Assembly (NCBI GenBank): GCA_951406725.2
Contig: OX597821.1
Span: forward strand, 70,494,001 to 70,558,000
Length of the DNA: 64,000 bases
Direction: 5' to 3'
Source of the DNA: Octopus vulgaris
Lineage: Eukaryota
Of the stretch, positions 27,115-39,737 are shown in pieces. The translations under genes and the position numbers were made by a program. Numbering within the stretch: position 1 is the stretch's first letter; each line of letters opens with the position of its first letter. The notes beneath the pieces are model-generated. The model saw nothing but the letters and a program-made list of their open reading frames with translations. It made no database searches and was not told where the DNA came from.

Positions 27115-27479
27115 TATTTTTATTATTATTCAGGTCACTGCTTTGAATCGAACTCGGAATCTTGGGGTTAGTAGCCTGCGCTCTTAACCGCTACGCCATA
27201 TGCCCGTTAAATTTAAATAATGTAAATGATGTGCATAATTCCTCATCTCTTAAATATAGAACTGTATAATTTAATTCTTGTACTGATACACTTAATGTAA
27301 TTTTTAATTACTAACAGATAACACTTAAAATTGAATTCCATTGAATTTAATAGTTTCGATTAAGCTATTTATGCAAAATATATTTTTTTATTTCAATGTT
27401 GCGTTAACTGAGCCGTGGTTACAAGAGCACTTTATAAGAGGTGTTGAAAGTGTCGTCCTTCATTTTCCATAAGTCCGCG

Positions 27480-27829
27480 AGAAATGTTGCACAAAGAACG
27501 CTACTCGTGTTACAGGAACTGAACTTGGAAGTATTCTAACATTCATCATATTTACCTGACCTTGCACCAACCGACTATCATGTTTTCCAGGAATTAGACA
27601 ACTTTTCACAGGGAAAAAACTTCAAATTTGAAGAAGATGCAAAAACAGCTTCTCGTGATTTCATCAGCTCTTGCTCTCCAGAATTCTTCGCTGCCAGCTT
27701 GAATAAGCTACCAATAAAATGGCAAAATTGTGCTGATAAATTTAGGTGCATACTTTGATTGTTTTTTGTTGAGATAAAGTAAAATAAACTTTCAGTTCAA
27801 AATCGGACATTTCATTCTTAATGACCTGA
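27480..27829 (+). mobile_element. Mariner 3' fragment with terminal repeat
   Basis: HSSYLPDLAPTDYHVFQELDNF...KLPIKWQNC; ends cattcttaatgacctga followed by TA. Confidence 0.8.
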
Positions 27830-27881
27830 TATATATATGTATATGTATGTATATATGTATATATATGTATATATGTATGTA

Positions 27882-27925
<44 letters not shown>

Positions 27926-28197
27926 ATTTATGTATGTATGTATGTATGTATGTATGTATGTATGTATGTATGTATGTATGTGTATGTATGTATGTATGTG
28001 TATGTATGTGTATGTATGAATGAGTGGATTGCTTTTACTCCAGAGCTTTCCCTTTATATCTCCTTTTCCTTCTTTAAGCGTCAAATTAATAATATTAAAT
28101 GTTAATGTTCCTTAGAGTTTTGTTGTTGTTCATATTTGATAGTGTCATTTGTTATTTGTTTCACTATATGTATGTACATAAATGTATACGTATGTGT

Positions 28198-28262
<65 letters not shown>

Positions 28263-28744
28263 ATTATGTATTTATGTATATATGTATATATATATATGTA
28301 TGTATGCATGTATGAATAAGCATCCCTGCCGTAAGGCTTTATTTCCACACGCGCCAGCTTAATTTAATTCGTCCTCACTCGAAAGACACCCGTTGTTGTT
28401 TTGTCCTGTTATTATTTTTTTTGTATTTGTATAACATTGCCCGTTTTTTTCTGTCCTTGTTTTTGAATACATTCGCTGCTTTCTTCCAAGGAATCTAATG
28501 CTCTTAGTTTAGTTTTTCCTTTGGGCTGGCCAGATTGAAGCAATCTCGAGTATAATCAGCCGAAATTGCGAAGATAATCTGGTACTTGACTGAGGAGAGA
28601 AAACTTCGAATGACCCGTCCTTGGTTTCTTTGTATCCTCTATCTGGATGTTTGTTATCTCATTTTTGTATCACTTAACTGTTCGGATGTTTTGCGTTCTT
28701 GTCCCATTTTGTATTATATATATATATATATACATATATATTTA

Positions 28745-29125
28745 TATATGAAGGAAGTCTGCTCTGATATAAAGTTTGACCACTTGGAACACAAATATAG
28801 CGCTAGCCCCTCAAGTGAGAACAGATACGGCTTTGGGCCCAGAGACCCGGTTAGGAAACCTTTCCACAAATATTGTAAACGTGACTCTGGAATCTGTTAT
28901 TTTGTTATACTTTTTCTGCATGTTTAAATGTCTCTTTAAGCATCCAAATGATTTACAAACTTTTTGACAAAAATAACACTGAAGAGCATTTTCTTGCAAA
29001 AAATGCTGGTATTTGGATTTAATGTTCTTATGAGATCATAAATCAGACTTTAGACCAGCTTTTGAGAGGCAGATCCTGCCACATACCTTGCACTAATATG
29101 AATTTTGTCCTGAGGTGTCAGTAAG
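28745..29125 (-). mobile_element. RTE-clade LINE 3' end with zinc fingers, related to 3320-3775
   Basis: CKVCGRICLSKAGLKS...CYFCQKVCKSFGCLKRHL; shares the aagtggtcaaact tail with the 3320-3775 copy. Confidence 0.6.
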
Positions 29126-29139
29126 AAGATGTATGTATA

Positions 29140-29202
<63 letters not shown>

Positions 29203-29241
29203 GTCTTTCTTTCTGTATGTACGTTTGGGGTGTATTTCTTG

Positions 29242-29291
<50 letters not shown>

Positions 29292-29299
29292 ATAGATCG

Positions 29300-29691
29300 T
29301 TAGCTCCTACACACATTTTTTCTCTCCTTGTTTTTTTCTGTGTATCTTTCTGTCGAAGAGCGTAGGCTCGAAACGTAAAAGACTTTTTCTATTCCTGAGC
29401 GCTATACTAATACATTTGTTTGTTTGTACTCCACCTGCCTTCGTCTTTTGTTTATTTTCGTAAACTTTCCCGTTATATATATATCCATGTTGAATCGTTA
29501 GCTCCTGCACGCATTTTTTTTCTCTCCTTGTTTCTCTCCGTGTTTCTTTTCTGTGTATCTTTCTGTTGAAGAGCGTAGGCTCGAAACGTAAAAGACTTGT
29601 TTTATTTCTATTCCTGAGCGCCATACTAATACAATTGTTTGTTTGTACTCCACCTGCCTTCGTCTTTTGTTTATTTTCGTAAAGCTTCCTG

Positions 29692-29695
<4 letters not shown>
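29300..29695 (+). mobile_element. Head-to-tail dimer of the A6U hammerhead-family element (motifs 29345-29382, 29558-29595)
   Basis: tcttt-CTGT(C/T)GA-a-GAGC-gtag-GCTC-GAAA-CG-TA^-aaaga occurs twice, 213 nt apart. Confidence 0.8.
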
Positions 29696-29750
<55 letters not shown>

Positions 29751-30152
29751 TGCACATAAATTCTCTTAGCCTTACTTAATGTAAATTAAGTCAACCAATT
29801 TTCTGGGGCAGACTATGTACCTCTGAATAAGATAAAGTAAGGTCGATGTATAAGTAATTCAAATGTTTTCACCTTCAGCAACCGAAACATTACACTTTCC
29901 CTAGGAAGTCGGCAAATAATAATTAACATTATATCTTTTAATGATTTCCTCTCATCATTATCTCTATCCTATTCTCCCGTTTCTTCTTTCCGTTCCTCTT
30001 TACCCTCATTTTGTTCTTTTTTTTTCTTAACTTTTTTCTAATATATTTTTCGTATTCCGTTTCCAGTCTTGTTAAATAGCTTATATAATGCAAACGAATT
30101 CACTGAGTAACTTAACTCTTACCAGATAAACTGGCTCTATTTCTTTCTCTCT

Positions 30153-30189
<37 letters not shown>

Positions 30190-30324
30190 CTTTTACTTAT
30201 ACAATTTGTATTTTATACAATTCAAGACCAAATTATATTACAAATGGTTTCATCTTACTGAAGTAAGTCGGTATTCTACCACCACTATTACCATCACTAC
30301 TACTACTGATCATTTACTCCATTC

Positions 30325-30343
30325 TAGAACTTACCATCTAACC

Positions 30344-30394
<51 letters not shown>

Positions 30395-30412
30395 GTTAGA
30401 TGGTAAGTTCTA
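30325..30412. repeat. Short inverted repeat enclosing (TA)n
   Basis: tagaacttaccatctaaccca-(TA)n-tgggttagatggtaagttcta. Confidence 0.85.
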
Positions 30413-31230
30413 CTATTTTCTATATATATATATATGCATATACTCATGTATATGAAATGGCGGCATAAGATTCGTTTTGTTACACGCCTGTCACATATAT
30501 ATTTGTATCGCTCTGTCATACGTTGTAAAACTGATTTCTTGTTCTCTTTTCTTCTCCCTTGCTATATATACCCCTGTGCCATCTACCCTGTATCTACCAT
30601 ACATCCAATCTGCATCTACTGCAAAAATTTACTTCTCCATCTCTAACTCTATTACTAAATACCACAAAAAATATGTGTGTGTGTGTGTGAGACCAAGAAA
30701 TACACACCAAACGTACATACAGAAAGAAATACACAAACAAACAGTGAATAAACATTATAACAATAAGCCATAGTTTTTAACAGTCAATGCTGTGTTAGGG
30801 TGTGTCCTATGTGTCAACGAAACGGCCATTTTTTTCTTGGAATCTCTGTTTGTTTTTACATACATTTAATAGTTCAAAACAACAACAATAAGAATAATAA
30901 CAACAACAATAATAGTAATCGTTATAAAAATAATGCATCGGAATTGTTTTTGTTCTGATATTCTTTGCTTTTGATATATTGTGTATTTTCTTTTCCCTTT
31001 GTAGGCAAATGTAAATATATAACGAAGTGTATTATTTTTTCGGAGAGTATTTCAAGCAAGGTTTAAATAGACAAAAATAAAAAAAATAGAAAACAAAAAC
31101 ATCTTATCGCTGCAATATCAATCAAACGAATGCAAATTGTATTCTTGGTAAGTAGAACTGCCATCATGTGACTGGGTCACATGATGTCATTCGTCGTTTA
31201 TACATCCTTCTGTTTATATATATATACATA

Positions 31231-31625
31231 GGCGTAGGTGTGGCTGTGTGCTAAGTAGCTTGCTTAAAAACCACATGGTTCCGGGTTCAGTCACACTGCG
31301 TAGTACCTTGGGCAAGTGTCTTCTATTATAGCTTCGGGCTGACCAAAGCCTTGTGAGTGAATTTGTAAGGCGAAAACTGAAAGAAGCCTGTCGTATATAT
31401 ATATGTGTGTGTGTACGTATATGTTTGTGTGTTTGTGTTTGTCCCCGAACGTCGGTTGACAACGGATGCGGGTGTGTTTACGTCCCCGTCACTTAGCGGT
31501 TCGACAAGAGAGACCGATAGAATAAGTACTAGGCTTACAAAGAATAAGTCCTGGTGTCGATTTGCTCGACTAAAGGCAGTGGCCTCAGTCAAATGACTGA
31601 AACAAATAAAGTAATAAAAAAGAAT
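31231..31625 (+). mobile_element. SINE family 1, essentially complete copy
   Basis: tRNA-like head ggcgtaggtgtggctgtgtgctaagtagc...ccgggttcagtc, core, (TG)n, 3' part ending aaatgactgaaacaaataaa. Confidence 0.85.
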
Positions 31626-31637
31626 ATATGTGTGTGC

Positions 31638-31687
<50 letters not shown>

Positions 31688-32841
31688 ATGAATAAATGAA
31701 AGAATGGAGTCGAACGAAGATGTTAACAAAATTCCTTTACTCTCGACATATGTTTCGAAGACAACATGGTTTCATTCCAAAGGAATGAATGGTGCATTAT
31801 GCAATCTTCTCATCAGGAAAGAAAGGGAGCCTCTCTCGACAACAAAACAAACAAAAATTTCGATGACTGCCTACATGGTAAACAAAACGATAATGAGTGT
31901 TTTTTAAAAAAACCGTTAGAAGAATTGACGTCAAAGATAGATAGTAGGAAGAGAAGGGTTAAAGGAATAATAGGTAGGGAACAAGTGGAGAGGGAAGGGT
32001 ACGTTGATTGAAAGAATGTTCGAAGGCTTAGGAAAGAATTTTGCTATTGAAGTGGGGTGGACGTTAAGCTAATTGTTCAAACCACAGTGACTATCATTAT
32101 CATTTATATGAGTAGAAAGTATGTTTCTGCCAGTGTTTACATTTGTATGATTTTTCTATGAGTGTGTTTACAAGGGGAACCTTAGAGAAGAGAAAATGGA
32201 AGAGTTCAGAGTTGCAAATGTTACAAAATCTCCTGCCCTTATCAAAAGGAAAGGATACAGACAGTATGAACCAATCTAACTTGAAATTTATATTGTTGTC
32301 TTTAAGAGGCCAAACTAATTTACTTAGCCCTGTACTATGTCGTTTTTTACTATCCCTGAATGTTGAATAATGGTTTGAAATTCTCTTGGATAACTGGGAA
32401 GTGGACGCTCCTATATAGAAGAAGACATCGGTACCGGAAGAAATTCTACACTGGTAAAAAATTTAATTCTGTTGGGGTTGTCCTCCGAGATCGAAACGAA
32501 GTTTTTATTGCTATGATTCTTGTTACTATTATTATTAGCGCCAACAACTACACTATTTCTATTATTATTATTAGTATTATGTGTATGTGTGTGTGTAGGT
32601 GCATATGTTTTCGTGGACGTATGTATGTATGCGTGTACCATGTTGCATATTTAATGCCGTCTCCATTTCCTCTTTCTTCGGTTGTGTTTCTCCTATTAAC
32701 ATTTAGGGTGTTGACTCCTGTGGTTTTTGTTGATATTATCTCAGTCACATTGGATAGCTTTCGATAACGAAGCATAAATTTAAAACAACATCAATTACAG
32801 CGTAGACAAGAAGAACGGCAGCTGCAGCAGTAGCAACAACA

Positions 32842-33133
<292 letters not shown>

Positions 33134-33332
33134 CAACTAGTTGGACCCGTAAAAACTTCACGGAAAATATAAAAAATGTAAGCATGTGTAAATTGTGTGT
33201 TGGTGCCATGAGAAATGTTTCCAAGAAGTGTTAAACCGATAATCATATAATCCAACCAAAATACCTCAGTTACGCAAACGTAAATATAAGTACTATTTAG
33301 CCTTAAAATACATCGTATTTATTCAAAGAACG

Positions 33333-34421
33333 GGCACCTTTTGGTTACCTCATCCCCAATGAAAAACAATTGGGTTATTTCCTTCCGTTGTAGATTAAAC
33401 ATCTTATTGAATGCCTATTGAGGGTGGGGCCAAAAGTCAACAACGTGTTGAAGTACTGAATCAAAAGGATCTCAACCCTCTTAATCCAATCTCTTGTCGC
33501 CACATAAACTCGCACATGTGTGAGTCCAGTAAACCTCTGTGAGTGCCATTTTGTCTTTTATATTTTTCTTTTGCACTCTTCCAAAGTCTTTCAAAAGTTT
33601 GGGTGTGAGCTCCATTAGTTGGATTGATAAAGTGTAGAGACTGATTCACTGTGAGATGTTGAAAACGACCAATATTAATTATATTTATATATGCTGACCA
33701 TTCGTCACTTATGATGGTTGTACCTGGTCTTATATTATCTTCTATTATTGGAAGAAGTGTTGTCGCAGATCTGCCAGGGACAATAAACATGAAACACTCT
33801 GTTTCTCTACAAATAATACCTCCCAAAACCCATTGTTGAGCCCGACACATTTTTTAGTGAATAAACTTTCGCCAATTTCAACAATCATGTTGGGTCCTCC
33901 AATCACTCTTGGGTTAACCAAAACGTGTGCAGCACAAACTTCTCTCAAATAATTATTCCAATCAACAACGCAATTGGCTTTCATTTCGAGCTCACGTTCG
34001 CAAAATTTGATACTTGACATGTTGTGTGCCCAGCAACGTATGAAAAGTGCTCCTTTACGAAAAGATAAACGTGAATTAGTAAACTAATTATCTGTTCTCA
34101 GTCCTTTTTCTTTTCTGCATCCACGAATTCTACATCGTCATCTATTTTGACTTCCAACTAAGAAATTCATAAAATAACCATTGTTGCATTGACTTCCTCT
34201 GTGAAGAATTCCTTTTCTTGAAAAACAAAAAAAGAAACATTGGATGTTTCATTTTTGCAAATTTTGTTTAGACGTAAAAGATTCATAAAGTACAGGAAAT
34301 CAATTCGACAAAACAAATAAGACGAAACAAGATTTGAATTGACGGGGGTGGGGGAGGTGTAGCCCAAGTTTTTAGTGGGGAGATAACCCCAATTTTTAGA
34401 GGGGAGATAACCAAAAGTACC
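33333..34421 (-). mobile_element. Merlin (IS1016/ISXO2-like DDE) DNA transposon with TIRs and 8-bp TSD, frameshifted
   Basis: WVLGGIICRET...IVPGRSATTLLPIIEDNIRPGTTIISDEWSAY...HLTVNQS...GAHTQTFERLW; TIRs ggcaccttttggttacctc / gagataaccaaaagtacc; TSD aaagaacg (33325-33332) / aaagaacc (34422-34429). Confidence 0.9.
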
Positions 34422-34469
34422 AAAGAACCTTCTTGGTTTAGTGGTACGAAACGTTCTTCTGGTATTTTT

Positions 34470-34790
34470 TTATTCTTTTACTTGCTTCAATCATTTGACT
34501 GGGGCCATGCTGGAGCACCGCCCTTTAGTCGAAGAAATAGACCGCTGGACTTATTCCCTGTTGCTTCTTCTGTCAGTCCCTTCCGCCGAACAGCTAAGTT
34601 ACGGGGACGCAAATACACTAACATCGATTGAGAAGCGATGGTGGTGGGGAGACAAACACAGAAACAAACACACACACATAAATATATATATGTGTGCGTG
34701 TGTGTGTGTATGACGGGTTTCTTTCAGTTTCCGTCTATGAAATCCACTCATAAGGCATTGCTCGGCCCGAGGCTATAGTAACAGACACTC
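34470..34790 (-). mobile_element. SINE family 1 copy lacking most of its head
   Basis: Reverse complement of the family 1 tail and core. Confidence 0.8.
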
Positions 34791-35297
34791 TTTAAAGTAT
34801 AGAGTTGAATTTCGTGTAGCCACCTGTTGGTAACTTTTCTCCCCTACCCATTTTGTAGAGGGTATTACCCATTTTTCTGAGTTTCTTTTCACAGCTATAC
34901 CCTGTACGAAATTTGCATTAGTTTTTGTAAGAAAATAAAGGAAGGGGACGGGGCTCGTTTGTAGTTTGTAGAGGAAACGTTAACCGTGCCTGAAAAAAAA
35001 CGTGGTCTTTCTCCACCACCAGCTAAAAGACATGAAGAACTATCAAAAACGGCGAATAAGTACCGGGGATGGAGGGAATAAGACAGAACTAACAGTCGAT
35101 TGTTCTAGAACTCCCAGAATAAAAACGTAAACATCTGAAAGACTTTCCCTCTATTTGTTAATAAATGTCTTTCCCTCTTCTTCATTGTTAAAAGTAAAGA
35201 AGCTAGAAAAAATCGATCGAAATAGTCATTTTAAATGACTGAGGCTTTCCTTTCTCTGTCTCTAACGCTTCACTCCCTTTCTCTACAGTTAAGAGAA

Positions 35298-35500
35298 TGG
35301 AGGTGCGTGGCTCAGTGGTTAGGGGTATTCGGCCACGATCGCAAGGTCATGAGTACGATTACCGGCGGCGCGCTGTGTTCTTGAGCTGTGCTTCACTTTG
35401 CTGCAGTCCACTCAGCTGGCAAAAGTGAGTTGTAGCTGTAACTAAAAAGGGCCAGCCTTGTCATATTCTGTGTTAGGCTGAATTTCCCTGAGAACTACTT
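35298..35500 (+). mobile_element. Third tRNA-derived SINE type (related head at ~45945-46050)
   Basis: ggaggtgcgtggctcagtggttaggg...gcgctgtgttcttgagc...cagtccactcagctggc. Confidence 0.55.
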
Positions 35501-36316
35501 TAAACAATGGAACTGATTGGACGACTAATAAAAATACTGCTAGAATTGTTCCAAATAATGGAAGAAAGGTGCCAAAGAAGACTATCAGTTAAGCCATCGT
35601 AGTTTCGTAAAGGAGGCACAACCACCAGAAAATCTATGGTGTACACACGTGCTAGAAAATGTATGGGAGAAGAGTAAAAGTTGATTATATCGAGACTATG
35701 TTCATTTATACAGAGAGATATATGAAGAGGTGGAACTTGGTGTGAAGTAACTGCATTGCAAACATTTTCATTTTAGTTTTGTTGCAACTGAGGGAAGTAA
35801 TTATGGACATCTTCGAGCTTATTACGATATCCCCAGTGAAGTAAAGCCTTTACTGTAATTATGAAGAAAGTGACAATAAAACCATAATGAAAACAGGGAC
35901 GATGGTACATTTCTTGGCGTAGGATTGTAGAATTGTTTACAGATTAAATAATTCCAAGACATCATCCGCATGAAATAGTTTAAGTACGAAGCTATTCGAT
36001 CGCCAAACTACATAAAGAAATGGTAAATGGTTCATGGCATTGCAGTCTAATGAATTATTTGTCAATTCAATAATGTTGGCACTCATTATTGCACAAAGTT
36101 CATTCCTGCGGCAATACAAATTTCCCGCATGCAAATCTGAGTCGTTTAAAAGTTGAATTTTCTTAACTAGTGAAGAACTGCAACGCCGGAGAAAATATTT
36201 AAAATATATTACAAATATGTACATTAATGAATTGGACAAATTTACGAAGAGAAACAAAATAGAAAGCAACAAAAAAAAAGTAAAACATCAACAAGACATG
36301 TATATATAAAATAGAT

Positions 36317-36347
<31 letters not shown>

Positions 36348-36502
36348 AATATGTATGTATATATTTACGTGCATATGTGTGTGTGTGTATTTATGTATGT
36401 ATATATATATATATATATATATAAATTCGCCTAGACATATCTCCCTATCTATCTGTGCATTTGTCTTTCTGCACAGACGCACACACATACACACATATGT
36501 AA

Positions 36503-36561
<59 letters not shown>

Positions 36562-36574
36562 CATACATACATAA

Positions 36575-36627
<53 letters not shown>

Positions 36628-36924
36628 CTTATATACATGCGCGCGTATTCACACCCATACTCATACACACGCACGTGCGCGTATAAACTCGTATTGTTTT
36701 AGTATATTCAGAATTGCATTGCTGTTAGCCTTCTGCGAAATAGAAGATAGAAGACGAGAATATATGCATTTGTATACATACATACAACTGCAGTCCCTGA
36801 ATCAAAATCCGTGACCTGAGCATTGACATGAGTAATGATGCATCCTTCGACGTGCATTTTACTAATTTTTTTCTGAAATGCATACGGCTCGCTGGATGGA
36901 TCCTCCGAACTTTCAAAACGAGAT

Positions 36925-37028
36925 AAAAGGGAACTATGATGGTCCTTTGAAGGGCATATGTCTTCAGCCGCTTGGACTATTGCCGGCTACTGGGAAAGAC
37001 TGAAAGAGTTAAAACTCTTCTCCTTAGA
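36925..37028 (+). pseudogene. CR1-like LINE fragment with internal deletion
   Basis: MMVL*RAYVFSRLDYC joined to YWERLKELKLFSLE. Confidence 0.55.
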
Positions 37029-37416
37029 GTGATGTTACATCAGGACAATGCACGACCCCACACTGCAAAGATCACATCACGGAGGATTGAAGAGCCTGGT
37101 TGTGCAAAAACTCCTCATCCACCTTATTCTCCCGACTTTGCTCCTTCAGACTACCATTTGTTTCGTAGTTTACAGAATCATTTGGCGGACATAACTTTCG
37201 CAAGCCAGGAGGAGGTCGAAACTGACATTTCAGAGTTCTTCGCTTTGAAACCAGAAGAGTCTTACATTGATGGGATTAAAAAGCTTTTAAATAGATGGAA
37301 GGAAGTCATAGATAATCAGGGAAAGTACACTGATAATTAAATTTCCATTAAATATAACATTTGATCACTTGTTTAATTTCATTCAAAATTCTGGCAGAAC
37401 TTATAGGATGACCTGA
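37029..37416 (+). mobile_element. Mariner 3' fragment with terminal repeat
   Basis: VMLHQDNARPH...HPPYSPDFAPSDYHLFRSLQNHL...GIKKLLNRW; ends gaacttataggatgacctga followed by TA. Confidence 0.9.
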
Positions 37417-37492
37417 TATATGTATTTTTTTCATATTTTTTTTATTTCACGTAGTTTCAACTGACGATCTGTGGCCTTGGTGGGGCACTGCC

Positions 37493-37545
<53 letters not shown>

Positions 37546-37573
37546 CATGTATATATATATATATATGTATATA

Positions 37574-37657
<84 letters not shown>

Positions 37658-37770
37658 AATATAATCAAAAGGGTAATAATATAGATTACTACCAGTGGCC
37701 CAGCACAAAAGACGAATTAGTCATTAGACAAAATATTATTTATATAGAAAAATATTATTCATGTTGAAAT

Positions 37771-38116
37771 ATAATTAAGGGCTCCTAAATAAGGATGCCA
37801 AGTGCTAGGGACACAAAAAGGGATAAATTTATCGAGAGTGAAAATCAAAAACATTTACCAATAACGATACATCCCGGACTGATATCAGTTTCTATGTCTT
37901 TCTAGCAAAACAGACAGAATATCTTTGCTAAGGCGTATCGCTGATGAAACCGGCCTTAGCAAACATATTCTGTCTGTTTTGCTAGAAAGACATAGAAACT
38001 GATATCAGTCCGGGATGTATCGTTATTGGTAAATGTTTTTGATTTTCACTCTCGATAAATTTATCCCTTTTTTTGTCCCTAGCACTTGGCATCCTTATTT
38101 AGGAGCCCTTAATTAT
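37771..38116. repeat. ~345-bp palindrome with 20-nt spacer (duplicated at 39870-40217)
   Basis: Arms are reverse complements; spacer cgtatcgctgatgaaaccgg. Confidence 0.9.
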
Positions 38117-38144
38117 TATATATATATATATATATATATATGTT

Positions 38145-38189
<45 letters not shown>

Positions 38190-38266
38190 ACAGATAGATA
38201 TATATACATAAACACATACATATATATATTTATAACATTGATAATAGTTGATACATAAACATACAT

Positions 38267-38410
38267 GAAGAAGAAGAAGAAGAAGAAGAAGAAGAAGAAG
38301 AAGAAGAAGAAGAAGAAGAAGAAGAAGAAGAAGAAGAAGAAGAAGAAGAAGAAGAAGAAGAAGAAGAAGAAGAAGAAGAAGAAGAAGAAGAAGAAGAAGA
38401 AGAAGAAGAA
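38267..38410. repeat. (GAA)n microsatellite (also 40369-40509; (CTT)n at 54929-55057)
   Basis: Directly visible. Confidence 0.95.
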
Positions 38411-38775
38411 TGTTGGTGCGCATGACACATGTACAAAAATTATGAAAGATACGCGCGTATTATGAAAAATGCCGAGGGTGAAACTATTCAGTAAGTTAAC
38501 AATTAACGAGGAACATCTCGATATATCAATCAACAAAAACACGCATATACATTACATGTGTATTCAATTATTGGCGTTTTTACGTCATCACACGTTATAA
38601 ACTAGGTATGCATGCATACATGCACGTGTGTATATATGTATGCATGTATGTGTGTATGTATGTATGCATGTTTGAATTGTTTACATTATAAGAATTTTTA
38701 TTTTGTTCAGAAACTTGAGTAGATAATATTCATAGTTTTACCGATGGAACTCGAAGTAAATACGGCTATATATAA

Positions 38776-38990
38776 CGGTTTCAAATTTTTGCTTAAGGCC
38801 AGCAATTTGGGGAGAGTGGGTCAAACGATTATATTGACCCCAGTACTTGACTGGTACTTATTTTATCGACTCCGAAAGGATGAAAAGTAACGTCAACCTC
38901 AGCGAATTTTGAACTCAGAGTGTAAATACAAGCGAAATGGCTCTAAGGAGTTTGCCCGGCATCCTAACGATTCTGCCAGCTTACCGCCTT
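38776..38990 (-). mobile_element. SINE family 2 (duplicated at 40875-41089)
   Basis: atcgactccgaaaggatgaaaag...tgaactcagag...aacgattctgccagcttaccgcc. Confidence 0.8.
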
Positions 38991-39665
38991 AAATGAAGCT
39001 ATAAATGATATTATGCAGAATATAAGATTAAAAAACAAATGAAAAATCTTTGGATAGGAAAATGTCAAAGCCACCCTTGGGACTTGCACCCACATCTCGT
39101 TTGCTTATGTCAGATGTGTTACCATTATTCGAAAGCAACCCTTGTAATTGTCTCTGTCCGTTTAGAATCTTTATTCTTACCAGCGAGAATTGGATGTTAT
39201 TTACGACAGAAGAATTCTTTTAAGAGTATTCTTTAGAAACTTTGAGAGTTATGAAACAAATCTACTCCACCTATTTTTCCATTATTTCACTTCTTAGAGT
39301 GGAATATCTATAAGGTCTCTGTTAGGATAAGCAGAAGAATTTATGGAAAAGACTGCTTGTCTAAAATCCACCATCATTACCATCACCATCACCATCACCA
39401 TCAAGATATTTTCGGATAATCTCTTCTTGCTCTGTCAAACCATTCCAATATATTTTTGCATTCGCCAAACCTTCTAACAATCCTCACATTTGCCAATTTT
39501 TTCTCCATCAATTCAGTTCTCTCTCATTTCTCTTTCAGTTTAATTCTATCTCTCTCTCTCTCTCCACACCCCACACACATACATATACAAGTGTATGCGT
39601 ATGCATAAGATTTTATATACACACACATACATATATTCAAACATATATATATATATATATATTCA

Positions 39666-39737
<72 letters not shown>

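Larger units (their letters stand above)
26410..27205 (-). mobile_element. tRNA-headed SINE (head 27131-27205) with (AAT)n spacer and hammerhead-bearing tail (26410-26563), interrupted by a Dong-type fragment
   Basis: Head GGGCATATGGCGTAGCGGTTAAGAGCGC...GAGTTCGATTC has A and B boxes; tail is on the same strand and carries a canonical hammerhead. Confidence 0.7.

Noticed and set aside
27131-27205. Functional tRNA gene
   Set aside because: Acceptor and anticodon stems pair poorly; treated as a SINE head
31700-32100. L1/Tx1-like 3' remnant
   Set aside because: No diagnostic motif could be read with confidence
33461-34020. Bacterial IS1595 contamination or recent horizontal transfer
   Set aside because: Embedded among host SINEs with TIR and TSD and is degenerate; fits eukaryotic Merlin
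36972-37340. 122-aa ORF resembling a SETMAR-like gene
   Set aside because: Chance junction of a CR1 fragment and a mariner 3' fragment; no SET domain or proper start
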